From an uncultured Candidatus Micrarchaeota archaeon (GTDB lineage Archaea > Micrarchaeota > Micrarchaeia > Micrarchaeales > Micrarchaeaceae): a DNA stretch of 16,544 bases. Numbering within the stretch: the stretch's first letter is position 1; every line of letters starts with the position of its first letter. The stretch covers positions 1 to 16,544 of the forward strand of contig CAVUGN010000010.1 in NCBI GenBank assembly GCA_963741095.1, given 5' to 3'. Of the stretch, positions 15,527-16,544 are shown piece by piece. The position numbers and the translations under genes are program-made. The notes under the pieces are model-generated. The model made no database searches, was not told where the DNA came from, and saw nothing but the letters and a program-made list of their open reading frames with translations.

Positions 15527-16544
15527 GTGTATAATATTGCATTGGAGTCCGAAAAAACAGTAAATAACGTTTCAGAAAATGACCGCATTGTACGGGATCA
15601 GCTCATAAAAGACTTACTAAAGTTACCAAACGAAGTTATAATAGATTTAAGAGAATTGCAGGCAGAGAGCGGCTGCTTTAATCAATGTAGTTTTTGCGGT
15701 GTAAATTCAGGCAAATTTGTTTTTAGACTTAATAGAAGTGCTTTAGCCAATCTATTTGCCGGGATAAAATTTGTGTCATTAAAAATTGCTGGTTTGGAAA
15801 GCAATTTATCTGAGGAGGGCGTTCTATCAAGCGACTTTAAAATGCCTAGAGAGGGACTTGTTGGTTATGGGCCTAAGAAACGGCGTGTTGGTACCATTTA
15901 TCCATATGAAGATAATGATATAACCTCTTATCCTTTCGTTGACAGCTACGTAAAATTTGCCATGGAAGATCTGGGTGTAAAAACACGGATAACAACAGTA
16001 GGTTATAGTAGAATGAATAAGGAGCTACAATCTGCTAATGAGAATCTTAACAAAACATATCTAGAAGATATAGAAGCGCTACGTTTTTCCTTTACGCCTT
16101 ATACTTTTGGCTGGACAGATGATAGAAAAGTAACTTCGAGAGTTGATTTTATTCATGATCTAGCAAATACGCTAAAAACATATAAACCGATGGTCGAATA
16201 TCTATTGAATAAAGGCTCTGAAGCATCGCTAGACCTCAGGTTCCGAACATTAGTCATCGGAAATACAAAACTAACGGAGACGATACTATTTAGGAAACAT
16301 ATACTTCAGGTAGGCCCATACCTGCTAATAAGTATTGACGATTATAAACCATTTATAAGATCAAACATAAATGGCAAGATAAGGCATTCAATAAGTGTTG
16401 ATGGAAAACCTAGAAAATATCTCATGCTTGTTTCAGATTCTTTCTCGGAAGATAGTTTTTGGAAAGATCTATCTGAGGATTTGATCCATTCCAATTTTAG
16501 TATAAGAAAAGGTATGGAAAGAGAATTTAAAATGAAAGAAGTTA
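15527..16544 (+). CDS. Radical SAM protein, 3'-truncated by the window edge
   Basis: AGGTGGT RBS, GTG 15527, and an open frame to the window end (at least 339 codons). LQAESGCFNQCSFC gives CxxxCxxC (C50/C54/C57) with the aromatic residue before the last Cys. Absent from the ORF track because no stop falls in the window. Confidence 0.85.
   Translation, partial: MYNIALESEKTVNNVSENDRIVRDQLIKDLLKLPNEVIIDLRELQAESGCFNQCSFCGVNSGKFVFRLNRSALANLFAGIKFVSLKIAGLESNLSEEGVLSSDFKMPREGLVGYGPKKRRVGTIYPYEDNDITSYPFVDSYVKFAMEDLGVKTRITTVGYSRMNKELQSANENLNKTYLEDIEALRFSFTPYTFGWTDDRKVTSRVDFIHDLANTLKTYKPMVEYLLNKGSEASLDLRFRTLVIGNTKLTETILFRKHILQVGPYLLISIDDYKPFIRSNINGKIRHSISVDGKPRKYLMLVSDSFSEDSFWKDLSEDLIHSNFSIRKGMEREFKMKEV

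Noticed and set aside
1-16544. tRNA, rRNA, CRISPR array, integrase or complete transposase
   Set aside because: None recognised by eye on either strand; no regularly spaced repeats or catalytic recombinase motifs seen.

Overview
Archaeal genomic window, most likely DPANN/Micrarchaeota. This is inferred from the QSAMEYLMTYGW-type class III signal-peptide pilin, archaeal ValRS, GGTGG/GGTGA ribosome-binding sites and BRE/TATA promoters. The GC-richer backbone carries a partial hypothetical gene, a membrane-anchored surface protein coupled to a type IV pilin, citramalate synthase (cimA), a HAD hydrolase, an ABC-2 exporter pair and valS. Three accessory tracts interrupt it. (1) An AT-richer GT2 glycosyltransferase + nucleotidyltransferase pair (6367-8326), one with an in-frame TGA and the other with a frameshift. 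(2) An AbiEi/AbiEii type IV toxin-antitoxin pair with an inverted repeat over its promoter. (3) An unusual module from about 12640 to the end. It contains a double Lrp/AsnC protein with a transposase-like N-terminus, two copies of a degenerate G-rich direct repeat around it, a 9-codon micro-ORF with its own promoter and RBS, a switch-like structured leader, two small orphan ORFs, and an AT-rich radical SAM gene missing from the ORF track because it runs off the window. Several reading frames need one extra base in a homopolymer, which may be long-read consensus error. All family calls come from motifs read by eye; no database search was run.
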